64,000 nucleotides of DNA from Octopus vulgaris (taxonomy: Eukaryota): contig OX597817.1 of assembly GCA_951406725.2 (NCBI GenBank), positions 151,776,001 to 151,840,000 of the forward strand, read 5' to 3'. The translations under genes and the position numbers were made by a program. Shown one piece after another: positions 1-12,432 of the stretch (the first letter of the stretch is position 1; every line of letters starts with the position of its first letter). The notes under the pieces were generated by a model. It was given only the letters and a program-made list of their open reading frames with translations. It was not told the origin of the DNA and searched no databases.

Positions 1-80
1 TGCCATGATGGACCGTGAAGTCTGGCGTAGCATGGTAAATTCCATTGTCTCGACCACGGTCGAACAATGATGATGGTGAT
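1..80 (+). mobile_element. 3' end of RTE-type LINE (C-terminus AMMDREVWRSMVNSIVSTTVEQ* plus (TGA)n tail)
   Basis: Translation resembles the RTE terminal 'A.DR..WR' motif and is followed by tgatgatggtgat. Confidence 0.55.
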
Positions 81-479
81 AGGCTAGTGGTCGCCAGTCT
101 AAATTTCTATAGGCACTAAATTTCTTAAGAATATATTACAAAAATATATTGTTAAAAATAAATTCATAAAAACCTCGGCCGGACACAGACACATCTGGGC
201 TTATAGACTACGCTCCTCCATTCTGTATATTGTAAATGTATCCAGCATCATTTACACCGAATCTCAACTTTTCCTATCACTTATACTCTCGGCTTGATGT
301 ATTCCACAGTTATATATTATAAAAACATCACACGGCAAAAATAATGCGTATTTTTTCTTTCTTTTTTTTTTCTATTTATTTTTCTTTTATTAACTTTGCA
401 GGTGATATATCAAAACATAACTTTTAATATACTAAACGTGGTTTTGATATTTTTAAACCCCCTGCTATGTATCCCCCAC

Positions 480-693
480 CACTACCACCAGCGTGGTAGA
501 TGAATTTGCTCCTGGCTGAGAATTGCCGACGTTAAAAGCCTAAGTGCAAAAAAAAATTTTAATAACAATACAAGTAAAAGAGTAGGAGTGATAGGGAGAG
601 CGGGAAGAGGAGAGAGAGAGAAGAGGAAACACGGATCTTTATATTTAATAGCTAGAAAGCGAAGTCAATTTCATATGACTATCGCAGGTAAGT
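480..693 (+). promoter_or_regulatory. Candidate promoter / non-coding first exon ending at splice donor CAG|GTAAGT (688)
   Basis: Perfect donor consensus, GA-rich tract at 590-625, and relatively CpG-retaining unique sequence. No transcript evidence. Confidence 0.3.
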
Positions 694-1043
694 GTTCAGA
701 TATATTTTCTCTTCCTGCTATGTGAACTTTTCCACTTTGATTTTGAAAGTTTCTAGATATTGTATACGAAGTACGTTTATATATGTAACTTAATCTTTAG
801 CAACAGACACACTACACTGTTGTTTGTATAGATTTGACGTTAAAATAGCGAGTGCGATGTTTATAGTTATCATGCGCTCGAAAACAAGAATTCCACTTGC
901 TTTCCATCACCAAATCCGCTCAGTCAGTCATTGATTTACTCGTTCACTCACACACTCATCAGCTCATTCATTCATTTATTCTCGTATATATATATATATA
1001 AAGGGGTTTGTATGATTGTATATAGAGGGATATGTATTATTCA

Positions 1044-1446
1044 AAGAAATTCCAATTCTGTCTCTTTTTTTATGTTTTATTTATATTCTTTATAATATTA
1101 ATGTAGAATATAGAATATATAGTATAAATAGTAGTATAATGAAATGAAGAATTGATTGTCTTATTGAATAGATGAAATATTGAATATAAAATATTAAGGG
1201 ACTAGTATACTTTCTTGCATTATAACAATCTTCAAGGTCCCAGGTTGTGACAGGAGGGTTTCAACTGTTGAAAGTATACTAGTCCCTTAATATTTGATAT
1301 TCACTATTTCATCTATTCAATAAGACAATCAATTCTTCATGTCATTATACTACTATATATACTTTTTATACTATATATTCTATATTCTACATTAATATTA
1401 TAAACAATATAAATAAAACATCAAAAACAGAGAGAGTTGGAATTTC

Positions 1447-1449
<3 letters not shown>
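1044..1449. repeat. Imperfect fold-back (arms ~1044-1214 / 1270-1449) between (TA)n tracts
   Basis: Arms are reverse complements, e.g. aagggactagtatactttc / gaaagtatactagtccctt. Confidence 0.9.
1198..1241 (-). ncRNA. Minimal hammerhead-like motif (one extra U in core)
   Basis: Minus strand reads gggac CTTGAAGA ttg ttataatg caa GAAA gtatac TA gtccc: 5-bp stem I and palindromic stem III. Confidence 0.6.
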
Positions 1450-1485
<36 letters not shown>

Positions 1486-1487
<2 letters not shown>

Positions 1488-1721
1488 GGAGTAAACACAT
1501 AAATGTGAAACAAGGTGGAAAAAAGAGTACTCAAATACCAGTGGTAGAGTAATATGCTTTATTTAAAGCAGCAGAAAATTCAACAAAACCTGTTACTCTG
1601 AGTTTCGCGTTGCCGTTCGTCGGACAGTTTTTGCTAGAATCTAGCAAAAACTGTCCGACGAACGGCAACGCGAAACTCAGAGTAACAGGTTTTGTTGAAT
1701 TTTCTGCTGCTTTAAATAAAG
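1486..1721. mobile_element. PLE-like mini-element in (TA)n containing a perfect 165-bp palindrome (1557-1721, 1-nt spacer)
   Basis: Exact reverse-complement arms. The same family occurs without the hairpin at 60537-60681. Confidence 0.8.
1651..1688 (+). ncRNA. Minimal hammerhead variant (mirror copy at 1590-1627, -)
   Basis: ctgt CCGACGA acg gcaa cgc GAAA ctcagag TA acag. U4>C and a stem II mismatch relative to the 60642 copy. Confidence 0.7.
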
Positions 1722-1725
1722 TATG

Positions 1726-1766
<41 letters not shown>

Positions 1767-1767
1767 C

Positions 1768-1868
1768 ACGTTACTGCATACAAGCATTATAGATGTGCGT
1801 GTGTGTAGCTGTATACATGCATTATATATACACACGCGCACATTTATAATGCTTTGTATGCAGTAACG
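1768..1868. repeat. Short imperfect hairpin next to (TA)n
   Basis: cgttactgcatacaagcattat... / ...ataatgctttgtatgcagtaacg. Confidence 0.8.
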
Positions 1869-3419
1869 CATATATAATATGGAATATTATATATGTGTAT
1901 TATGTTATTATATTGTATATGCGTAACTGCATACAAGCGTAATAGTAATGTGTCAGGTGTGTATATGAGAACAACATTACTAACTACCATAACAGGTAAT
2001 GTAAGCATTTAACTGGTGGAGATCTGTCGGACTTTCGTAAGATCCGGATCATAACTTTATATTGACCGCAACAATGTTTATCAGTAGCTAAACCTTCTGG
2101 GTCATACTGGAATCGTTGGACTTCTATTTATTCCAAGTTCTATTTACTCTTCCCGTCGTATGTATGTATATTTACAAATATCTATTCATTTGTCCGCATG
2201 TACGTGTATTGGCATAGATTTTTAGATTCCTTAAGGCGTCATTGGAGCCAACCACACCACATTGGAATGTGTTTACGTATTGTATATAGATGTATGTGTA
2301 TGTGTTTATACGGATTGTATTTATGCGGGTTTGATTCTTTCTCATTTTTTTTTTATATTAATTCTTTTGGAACACGTTCTCGCACATAAACAACAAACAT
2401 ATTCCTATATGTGTTATATAAGTATCTATTTCGTACCTTTCGCATTCACCGATTTAAGAGATATATTAGGGTTTTTTATTTCATGGTCAAGCTGTTATTT
2501 GGGACGATGGAGGTCGAATTGTTGTTGGTATTTAACACCAGGTCAATCGTGATCGAAGATACCTATAATTATAGATCTCTAATTTGTGACCATCCTATCT
2601 TTTTCAGACACGTTATCTAATATTTTTTTCTTCTTCTTTTCTGAGATACTGGGGTGTAACCTGATGAGGATTGCCATTTTTATATATATATATATATATT
2701 TGGTTGCTATTTTTAACTATCGAATGTCTACGTGTGTGTTGGTCACCCGCGTTGGCTTTACAAATTAACAAGAGCCAATAAATATATTTGCATCTGTTTC
2801 GCGATATCCGCATTCCAGGTGTACACGAAGCGAAAGTCTGCTTGCTATTCTCTTAACACTATTACTAACACCATCATTAGTACTGCTCCCCGCCCTCTGC
2901 ACTACCTCCGCCGCTATCATCACCACCACCACCACCACTATTACTACTACTACTGTGTGTATGCCTGTCTAGATACGTACGCGCTCTCTTTCTCTCCACA
3001 TATAATTATGTGTGTGCGTGCGCCTGTGTATTTAATATACATATACATGAGTCAAGTATATTAATGAATTTTTGAGTGGGTGTATTTATACATATTTATA
3101 CGTTTTTTTTTAGCTACGTCTTATGATCATCGCTATCATCATCGTCATCTTCACAACGCTACTACATGGTATGTTCTTGCACACTCAAAAAAAAAAATGT
3201 ACAATCAACTGTTGTTTAGTCCCAGTTTGATCTCGATCCAGCAACCTTTATCATCAAAGACGTCCCAGACGTGGTCCTCACTCCGTCTTTTTCATTTATG
3301 TTGTCTACCTAGACGGTAGGCTGTTATCTGAGCGAAATTTTGCTGCTATTTCTAGCACGTCGAGCGACCACTTAAAGCTCTCCCCGTTGGCCCGTATCAG
3401 CTACCCTTACTCTCTCTTT

Positions 3420-3823
3420 ACTCTTTTTACTTGTTTCAGTCATTTGACTGCGGCCATGCTGGAGCACCGCCTTTAGTCGAGCAACTCGACCCCAGGACTT
3501 ATTCTTTGTAAGCCCAGTACTTATTCTATCGGTCTCTTTTGCCGAACCGCTAAGTGACGGGGACGTAAACACACCAGCATCAGTTGTCAAGCAATGCTAG
3601 GGGAACAAACACAGACACACAAACATATTCACACACACTTATATATATATACATATATACGACAGGCTTCTTTCAGTTTCCGTCTACCAAATCCACTCAC
3701 AAGGCTTTGGTCGGCCCGGGGCTATAGCAGAAGACACTTGCCCAAGATGACACGCAGTGGGACTGAACCCGGAACCATGTGGTTGGTTAGCAAGCTACTT
3801 ACCAAACAGCCACTCCTGCGCCT
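3420..3823 (-). mobile_element. SINE family A (tRNA-like head, CORE-like ccttgggcaagt segment, internal (TA)n, AAAAGAG tail)
   Basis: Roughly 20 copies in the window on both strands. Confidence 0.85.
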
Positions 3824-3869
3824 TAGGAAAATTACTCTTTCTATTACTGACACACAGCCTGAAAATTTG

Positions 3870-4062
3870 ATGGGGGTGGGGACAGTCAATCACATCGACT
3901 CCCATGCTCAACTGGTAATTATTTCATCACCGCCCCCCCCCCCCCCGAGAGGATGAAAGGCAAAGTCAACCTCGGCGGAATTTGAACTCAGAACATAAAG
4001 ATGAACGAAACGGTGCTAAGCATTTTGTCTGGCATGCTAATAATTCTGCCAGCTTGCAGCCT
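3870..4062 (-). mobile_element. SINE family C fragment
   Basis: Contains ggatgaaaggcaaagtcaacctcggcggaatttgaactcagaac, shared with 23310, 32095, 39932 and 47922. Confidence 0.75.
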
Positions 4063-4195
4063 AAATCCTCAGAAAAATTACCAGTGCATTAATGTAATTA
4101 TATGGTTTTATAGTATTTCAGTTATTTTGACAGACTCTGTGTTAGGAGTTTTCCCACATTCTTAATACACTCTATAACAAAGATTCTAAACCTAT

Positions 4196-4419
4196 ACTCT
4201 TTTTACTTGTTTCAGTCATTTGACTGTGGCCATGCTGGAGCACCGCCTTTAGTCGACCAAATCAACCCCCAGGACTTATTCTTTGCAAGCCTAGTACTTA
4301 TTCTATCGGTCTCTTTTGCCGAACTGCTAAGTTACGGGGACGTAAACACACCAGCATCGGTTGTCAAGCGATGTTGGGGGGACAAACAGACACACAAACG
4401 TATGCGCACACACACATAC

Positions 4420-4464
<45 letters not shown>

Positions 4465-4663
4465 ACAAAAATATATATATATATACACACATACATATCT
4501 ACGACGGGCTTCTTTCAGTTTCCGTCTACCAAATCCACTCACAAGGCTTTGGTCGGCCCGAGGCTATAGTAGAAGACACTTGCCCAAGGTGCCACGCAGT
4601 GGGACTGAACCCGGAACCATGTGGTTTGTAAGCAAGCTACTTCCCACACAGCCACTCCTACGC
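4196..4663 (-). mobile_element. SINE family A
   Basis: High identity to the 3420 copy. Confidence 0.85.
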
Positions 4664-5505
4664 CATCATCATCATCGTTTAAAGTCCGTTTTCCATGCTG
4701 GCATGGGTTAGACAGTTTGACTGAGGTCTGGAAAGCCAGCAGCTGCACCAGGTTCTAATCTGATCTAGCAATGTTTCTACAGCTGGATGCCCTTCCTAAC
4801 GCCAACCACTCAGAGAGTGTAGGGGCTGTTTTTTGCGTTCCACTTGCACAGGAGTCAGTTAGGGGGTACTGACATCGACCCCGTTTGGAAGGTGATTTTT
4901 ACATGCCACCAGCACAGGAGCCAGTCAGGCGGACCTGGCATCAACCACGTTCAGATACTGCTTTTTACATGCCACCGGCACGGCAGCCAGTCAGGAGATA
5001 CTGGCATCGACCATGGCTGATATACATATATATAAATTATAATTTAGGGTATCTAAGAGATACCACCACGCTTGAAATAGCAGCCAAAACTTAACTAAAG
5101 CTACATTAAAAGTTCATACAGCACCAGGATAGAAGACAAAAGGACAAAATAAACTAGTAAAAAATTACTGGATGATCGTTCATCATCATCATCATCATTA
5201 TCGTTTAGTGTCCGTTTTCCATGCTAGCATGGGTTGGACGGTGCAACTGGGGTCTGTGAAGCCGGAAGGCTTCATCAGGCCCAGTCAGATCTGGCAGTGT
5301 TTCTACGGCTGGATGCCCTTCCTAACGCCAACCATTCCGTGAGTGTAGTGGGTGCTTTTTACGTGCCACCCGCACAGGTGCCAGACAGAGCTGGCAAACG
5401 GCCACGAACGGATGGTGCTTTCTTTGTGCCACCAGCACGAGGCCAGTCGGGGCGGCGCTGGCAACGGTCACGAACGGATGGTTCTCTTACATGCCACCGG
5501 CACTG
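4664..5505 (-). mobile_element. Two copies of family B (RTE-3'-tail repeat ending in (ATG)n): 4664-5010 and 5180-5505
   Basis: Shared catcatcatcgttt...ccatgctggcatggg...ggatgcccttcctaacgccaacca; the same tail follows the RTE ORF at 13211. Confidence 0.8.
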
Positions 5506-5773
5506 GTAACTCATCTGCAATTTCCATTGATTTATATATATATGGTTTCAGGTTCAGTCCCATGCATGACACCTTGTGCAAGTGTCTTCAGCCTGACCAA
5601 AGCCTTGTAAGTGGATTCGGTAGACAGAAACTCAAAGAAGTCCACCGTGTGTGTGTTTGTCTATCACCACTGCTTGACAACTGGTGTTTGTGTGTTTCTA
5701 TCCCCCCTGACTTAACTGGTTAGCAAAAGTGACCTATTTGAATAAGTACGGGGATTAGAAAAAATATATACTA

Positions 5774-6572
5774 GGGTGTGGCTGTGTGGTAAGTAGCTTG
5801 CTAACCAACCACATGGTTCCGGGTTCAGTCCCACTGCGTGGCATCTTGGGCAAGTGTCTTCTGCTATAGCCCCGGGCTGACCAATGCCTTGTGAGTGGAT
5901 TTGGTAGACGGAAACTGAAAGAAGCCTGTCGTATATATGTATATGTATATATATGTAAGTGTGTGTTTGTGTGTCTGTGTTTGTCCCCCTAGCATTGCTT
6001 GACAACCGATGCTGGTGTGTTTACGTCCCCGTCACTTAGCGGTTCGGCAAAAGAGACCGATAGAATAAGTACTGGGCTTACAAAGAATAAGTCCCGGGGT
6101 CGATTTGCTCAACTAAAGGTGGTGCTCCAGCATGGCCGCAGTCAAATGACTGAAACAAGTAAAAGAGGGTCAATCCACTCGACTAAGAGTCTTCAAGTGG
6201 TACTTCAGCATGGCCACAGTCTAATGACCAAAACATGTAAAAAAAAAAAAGAAAAAAAAAAAGAGAGAGAGAGAGTTTTTCATAAACGCACATACATAAG
6301 TACATAATGTAGTGGATAGATATGCTTGTTATATCAATAGTTGACTGTCTCTCTTTACCCTTTTACTCTTTTACTTGTTTCAGTCATTTGACTGTGATCA
6401 TGCTGGAGCACCACCTTTAGTCAAGCAAATCAAACCCCAGGATTTATTCTTTGGAAGCCTAGTACTTATTCTATCTGTCTCTTTTACTGAATCGTTAAGT
6501 TACGGGGATGTAAACACACCAGCATCGGTTGTCAAACAATGTTGGTGGTGGTGGTGGTGGGGGACAAACGCA

Positions 6573-6615
<43 letters not shown>

Positions 6616-7503
6616 GATGGGCTTCTTTCAGTTTCCATCTACCAAATCCACTCACAAGGCTTTGGTCGGCCCAAGGCTATAGTAGAAGACACTTACCCAA
6701 GGTGCCACACAGTAGGACTGAACCCAGAACCATGTGGTTCGTAAGCAAGCTACTTACCACACAACCACTCCTACATCTACTATACATTTATTAGGAAAGA
6801 ATGGAAAGTTATTAAAATCTAAGCTCTCAATATCATCACCATCATCATCATGATTTAATGTCTATATGTAATTATAAATGAAAAGTATTGGTTTATGGCA
6901 TTACTTTCCATGGTTTACAATCTTGCAGTTTGTTGAAATGATTGTAAGCCATCAAATAAATTTAACGTGATATGCTCTATTTTTCACTTATCAATACTCC
7001 TGAGATGCAAGTAAACTTGCAGATTTCCTGCTTGTTTAAAACATGAGTTTCCACAAGAGAAATTCTCCTCTTTACAATTTCAGCCAGGCCATTGCATAAG
7101 TACTTCCTAAGATTAATGCTTCGATTAGCTAATCCTTCTCCATGTGGTAAGTAGCTTGCTAACCAACCACATGGTTCCGGGTTCAGTCCCACTGCGTGGC
7201 ACCTTGGGCAAGTGTCTTCTGCTATAGCCCCGGGCCGACCAATGCCTTGTGAGTGGATTTGGTAGACGGAAACTGAAAGAAGCGCGTCGTATATATGTTT
7301 ATGTATGTGTCTGTGTTTATCCCCCTAGCATTGCTTGACAACCGATGCTGGTGAGCTTACGTGCCTGTCATCTAGCGGTTTGGCAAAAGAGACCGATAGA
7401 ATAAGTACTGGGCTTACAAAGAATAAGTCCCGGGGTCGATTTGCTCGACTAAAGGCAGTGCTCCAGCATGGCCGCAGTCAAATGACTGAAACAAGTAAAA
7501 GAG
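5774..7503. mobile_element. Cluster of SINE family A copies: 5774-6167(+), 6355-6775(-), 7143-7503(+)
   Basis: Direct sequence similarity among copies. Confidence 0.85.
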
Positions 7504-7791
7504 TATATATATATATATATATATGTAGTCATTACTAAAGCGACAGACAGTGCTAGTAAGTACCAGCATTGCTACAAATAACAGTTAAAACAACTCTTAG
7601 CTACATGAGAGCACTTGACTCCATCTTGCTTGTCAGCCTGTCTCCCTTGTCAGTCTTAGAAAAGTGCTCTGACATGGCTAAGTTTTAACTGTTATTTCTA
7701 GCAATACTGGCACCTATTAGTACCCTCTATCACTTTAGTGATGAGTGCACTAGTTGCCTATCGGTTCAAAATTGTGAATACTCACCTTAAT

Positions 7792-7835
<44 letters not shown>

Positions 7836-8040
7836 TGTATATATATATATATGTGTGTGTATTTTCAATGTGTACAAATAACACAGAAAAATAAATAAAT
7901 AGTTACCAGGGTAGCAAAATTCACATAAGTGCCAAAGACATTACAGCCTACTTATAAAAATAGAAATTCCAGGGTTAAGCGAAATGTTTCTTGTATAACA
8001 TGGATAAATTAAGAAATGGAGTCAAATGCAGGTGTTATTT

Positions 8041-8265
8041 AAATCTTTATACTTCCAACATATGTTTCGAAGAGCACATTAATATTATTCCGGAGGGATA
8101 AAATAATGTAAAACAACGCATTTGTCTTGTCAGTTAAAACAGCTTATTAATGAGTTTGTTCTTTTTGTCTCTGACGAGATGATTGCATTGTTTTACATCA
8201 TTTTATTCCCTCCAGAATAATATCAATTTTTTTCTTCGAAACATATGTCAGAAGTATAAAGATTT
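8041..8265. repeat. Fold-back element (arms ~8041-8135 / 8171-8265) between (TA)n tracts
   Basis: aaatctttatacttccaacatatgtttcgaaga / tcttcgaaacatatgtcagaagtataaagattt. Confidence 0.85.
8168..8252 (+). ncRNA. Hammerhead motif with long stem II and GUC site (degenerate mirror at ~8052-8135, -)
   Basis: tct CTGACGA ga...(60-nt arm)...tc GAAA catatg TC aga: intact core, G10.1-C11.1 pair, palindromic stem III. Confidence 0.7.
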
Positions 8266-8489
8266 GAATATATATATATATAGTATTATTTTGGATCTCT
8301 ATCTTAAGACTTACAGATGGGAGATGTTCTGTGTGTTTATACATAGATGTTTATATCTTTTATGAATTTATTGCATTTATATTAATATTTATATTCTTTA
8401 AATGTATTTCCTATATTGTGATAAAACATGTAACACAAAATAAAAATGGTATCACATATTCCAGTCATTATTTTAATATATATATATAT

Positions 8490-9145
8490 ATAACAAAACC
8501 AAAAAAGAAAGAACAATTAAAAACCCTTCCCTACATCTCTACACATAACCCACTCAACAATGAGGCATTCAGCACCATACTACAAAGCACAGCCCTGCTA
8601 AAGGGAGACCCAAAGATGAACCGGATCCTCGAATCACACACCATCATTAAAAGTAAACGGCAACCAAAATCCTTGAAAAGGATTTTAACCCAAGCTAAAC
8701 TGCACTCACATCAACCACAAAACCAGCAGTTAGAAAATGTGGAAGGCCCAACTGCGGAATCTGTGTCATCTTGGTAGAAGGTTCAGAATTTATACTAGAA
8801 CAAGGCCATCAGTTCACCATTAGAGCAAACTTCACCTGCGCATCAGAAAACTTAATTTACGTCTTAACATGCGCAGGCTGCAATAGGCAGTATATAGGCC
8901 ATACAAAAAATAGCTTACGTAACAGGATGGCGGTGCATAAATCACAAATTAGAAACCCTGAATACCGGAAAATACCGGTCAGCGGACACATAGATAGATG
9001 TGCTGCAAATGTAAATCCGAAATTTACAACTTACCCACTTTATAAATTCAGTGACAGCGTAACCTTCCCGCAACGCCAAAATAAAGAACTTTATTTCATC
9101 AAAAAATTTAGACCAAGTTTGAACACCCTGGGCCAGGAATATTAA
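8490..9145 (+). pseudogene. Penelope-like element: RT-EN linker, Cys-rich knuckle and GIY-YIG endonuclease, frameshifted at ~8720
   Basis: LPYISTHNP...KRQPKSLKRIL; KCGRPNCGIC in the second frame; NLIYVLTCAGCNRQYIGHT...LRNRMAVH...KELYFIKKFRPSLN. Confidence 0.9.
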
Positions 9146-10220
9146 AACAAAACATTGGTCCTCCGAAAAAGAGAAATGAAATTCTACCACAACCACTACG
9201 ACTGCCCCAACTCGCACTGCTACTACAACCACCATGGTCACTGTTGCTACGGCCACAGTGAGGGAATTATAATAATGGAGGTGGGGCAAATTACAATTTC
9301 TCAGATCCTTAAACAGTCACTCACGCTGACAGTGATATGTCTTAGGGAAGGAAAAATGTATAAAAAGATCTCTTTCTCTACGAGCAGATCTAATCCTGAT
9401 TCGTCAAAAAACTGATGACGTATTACCTCAGTGGTCAAGCTATTGTCACCCTGCTTGGTCGGTTTCCCCACACGATACAGCAATGGATCAGACCCGATTC
9501 TGATTGGTCAAAAGATTGATGACGTCTCGTTCTGCTGGACTAGCCACCTAACAGGATACAGTTATGGGTCTGATCTAATTTCGATTCGTCAAAAAAATGA
9601 TGACATATTTCTTCCGTGGCCAAACTGTCGTTCCGCTTGGTTGGTTTCCTAACAGGATACAGTTAGGAGTCTTTTCACTATATTCGTTGAAACTGGGTTT
9701 TGATTGGTTTGGAACTATATGACGTCAGTGAAAAGTGCAAGTGACCACAGCTTAGCTGAGCTGATATAAATCCAACAATCACAAAATTCACCAAAATTAT
9801 GCGAGCAGACACCGACCAAAAATCATTACTGTTGCTCCCATTGGAACACAAGGTAAAATCTAAAATGAACTCCTCGCCTTTTCAAGAACATGAATTTTTT
9901 ATATTTGACTCTTTTGAATGTATGTCACAATTATGAACTACTACATCATACTCTTTAAACATATAGCATGGACTCTCTTTATTATATATGATTTTTTTTA
10001 TATTTGACTCTATTGAATATATGTCACAATTATGAACTATTACATCATACTCTTTAAACATATAGCACGGACTCTCTTTATTATATATAATTTTTTTTGA
10101 TAAGGTTCGTCATTTCAAGAACCGAAACATGTTAAATTAAAATTTGTCTAATATAGCAGCATTTTCAAACTTCATTTTTTACAAATATATACCCACTCGT
10201 ATACAAGCTAATCTTATTAT
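9146..10220 (+). mobile_element. 3' UTR / pseudo-LTR of the PLE, with degenerate ~100-bp repeats (9380-9670) and a ~99-bp tandem duplication (9892-10089)
   Basis: Contiguous with the GIY-YIG ORF, ends at (TA)n, and contains a decayed hammerhead. Confidence 0.6.
10094..10137 (+). ncRNA. Decayed hammerhead at PLE 3' end
   Basis: ttt TTGATAA ggttc gtcatttcaa gaacc GAAA catg TT aaa; two core transitions from CTGATGA. Confidence 0.55.
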
Positions 10221-10412
10221 AAATATATATATATATACAAATTGAGATAGGGGTTGTGAATGCAACCCTCCATGGGATAACATATATCCAATATACCGCT
10301 AGTGAAGTATCCAACAAAGTTAATACATAAATGTTAAGAATTGCGATGCATTTAATTCATTTACTGTATTATATGGGCAAAGGTAAAATGTTTTACCACA
10401 AATTAATAATAC

Positions 10413-10575
10413 AAAATAAGAAAATGGAGAAATACATCTAAATCAATTATCAACTACCAGATAATACCTAATCACATACTTTATTAAACCACTCTTATGT
10501 AGTGGTTTAATAAAGTATGTGATTAGGTATTATCTGGTAGTTGATAATTGATTTAGATGTATTTCTCCATTTTCT

Positions 10576-10581
<6 letters not shown>
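10413..10581. repeat. Perfect hairpin, ~81-bp arms, 7-nt loop, abutting (TA)n
   Basis: Exact reverse complement around cttatgt. Confidence 0.92.
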
Positions 10582-10617
<36 letters not shown>

Positions 10618-10692
10618 AATATTAGGGAATAAATCCAAATTTACAGGGAAAAAATCAGATTTAGGATTAAATCCAATTTTATAGTAAAATAT

Positions 10693-10852
10693 TATATAAT
10701 ATTAATTAGAGACAAAACCACTATTTTGCAAAACAAACAAGGAAAGACTTAATCAATACATAAAATTTTAATTTTTTGACTTTTTATTAAAATTTTATGT
10801 ATTGATTAAGTCTTTCCTTGTTTGTTTTGCAAAATAGTGGTTTTGTCTCTAA

Positions 10853-10865
<13 letters not shown>
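10693..10865. repeat. Perfect hairpin, ~80-bp arms, 13-nt loop, abutting (TA)n
   Basis: Exact reverse complement around tttttgacttttt. Confidence 0.92.
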
Positions 10866-10911
<46 letters not shown>

Positions 10912-10914
<3 letters not shown>

Positions 10915-11200
10915 GGTGTTTCAAAAAATTTGATATCATTTGAGATGTAAATATCACAGAAACTACAAAGTCAAAGCAAATGAAACTAAACAGGCTTAAT
11001 GTTGAGTAGCACAAGATTTATTCTTCCAAATTTGAATGAGAAATTCAAAGGTATGTGGATTCCATGAACAATTTCACAAATACTCACCGCCTGAGACACG
11101 GCACATGTCAAGTCAGTTGTCCAGCTCCTCCCAAACATGCTGTAGCATATCTTGGGTAACAGTCTCCAGTACAGTAGTGATTCTCTGCTTAACAACATAC
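10912..11200 (-). mobile_element. Tc1/mariner 3' end (TA-CAGGGTG TIR plus transposase C-terminus)
   Basis: Minus translation KQRITTVLETVTQDMLQHVWEELDN*LDMCRVSGGEYL. Confidence 0.7.
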
Positions 11201-11557
11201 CGAAAATTTAGAAATAGCAGCCATTCTTTTTTACTACAGATATTACTCCACAGATAACAATACTTGTAACTCACATAGGCAAAAGAAGTGTGTGTTTCAC
11301 ACTTGAATGCCTTACATTCTAAGGGTGCTGAACCTCATCCAGGTCATGACTGTTGGATACCCAATATGCCATTGTCTGCATTGCAACCCACCTGGATGGT
11401 TGAGGTGCCCCAGAGGCAAGGTAGCTTTGGTGCTGTAACCAGCTCAGTCTAAGATGACAGTTGACTGAAGTGTAAATTATACCTTTTGAAAATTCACTTC
11501 CATTCCTTCTTGACCAGATCCAATTGGAACACTTCTTAGCTGTTTCTGCCGTTGCCC

Positions 11558-11785
11558 TAACTCTTTTATTACCATATTTCTGTTGAGATGCTCTGTGTTT
11601 CTTTCAATTATTTTAAATATAACAAAGAATTTAGTAAAATAACTTAATCATCATTAAGCTAGTGTTGGGAACATAAATTGGGACTAAGGTTTGATGGAAG
11701 ATTTTAATTCAAAATTTATGAAAACAAGACATTTGTACTACAGAGCCAAACCGGTTTCAGTCGGGTTGGTAATGAAAGGGTTAAG
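11558..11785. mobile_element. piggyBac-like MITE (TTAA-CCCTTT-type ends)
   Basis: taactcttttattacc ... ggtaatgaaagggttaa. Related pieces at 36190-36900 and 55880-56012. Confidence 0.55.
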
Positions 11786-11940
11786 AGGTTTGGATCTCTG
11801 CCTCCCAGAAATTGAAAACCATTTCATAAGATCATTGGCCTTCCTTTATGGTGAGGACTTTGGTTTGGAAGTCAGATTCTCTCCAGAGTTTTCATTTAAC
11901 AACATCAAACATTTCCCTACTTAGAATCAAAGGTCAAGAT

Positions 11941-12210
11941 CAGTGATTCTCAACCAGAGTCCATAAAAGATTTTTGGGGACCTACACAGCAAAATAGTAA
12001 ATTGGGGATTCACAATAGTATTTTAAGGGTCCCTGAAAAAATTTTGCTTTAGATGTATACATTGGCATTTATTGCAAAAAAACATCTAGGTTTCTTTCTC
12101 TGACATTTTACATAGTTCAACCCATACAAATTAATGTGTGAAAATATTAATAAATAATTTTCTATAAATTAGGTTTTAAACATTGAATGGCTATGAGGGT
12201 TCACCAGAAT
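11941..12210 (+). mobile_element. hAT-type MITE end (CAGTGATTCTCAACC); related end at 47670-47774
   Basis: TIR-like motif. Reverse-complement relative ggttgagaaccactg ends at 47774. Confidence 0.55.
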
Positions 12211-12432
12211 AAAATATCAAATAGGCTTTGTACCAAAGTGATTACAAATAGCAGTTTATATTCTGTGTGGGTGTGTCTTAGGTGTAGCTTTGTAAGTTTA
12301 AATTTCCAAGAAAAATGAGAAAATAAAAAGAATTGTGTGTGAAGAGAAAGAGAGTGGTTTTATATATATATATAGGGATGTTGGTGCAGACAGGAAAAAT
12401 AGAACTCAAAATATGAGTATATTTATATTTTC

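Noticed and set aside
2020-2090. Minus-strand CTGATAA...GAAAgtccgac
   Set aside because: Core mismatch, no UH site and no stem I.
3372-7538. Recurrent ORFs such as MTTDAGVFT.. and MFQSFDCGHAGAPP..
   Set aside because: Translations of SINE family A copies.
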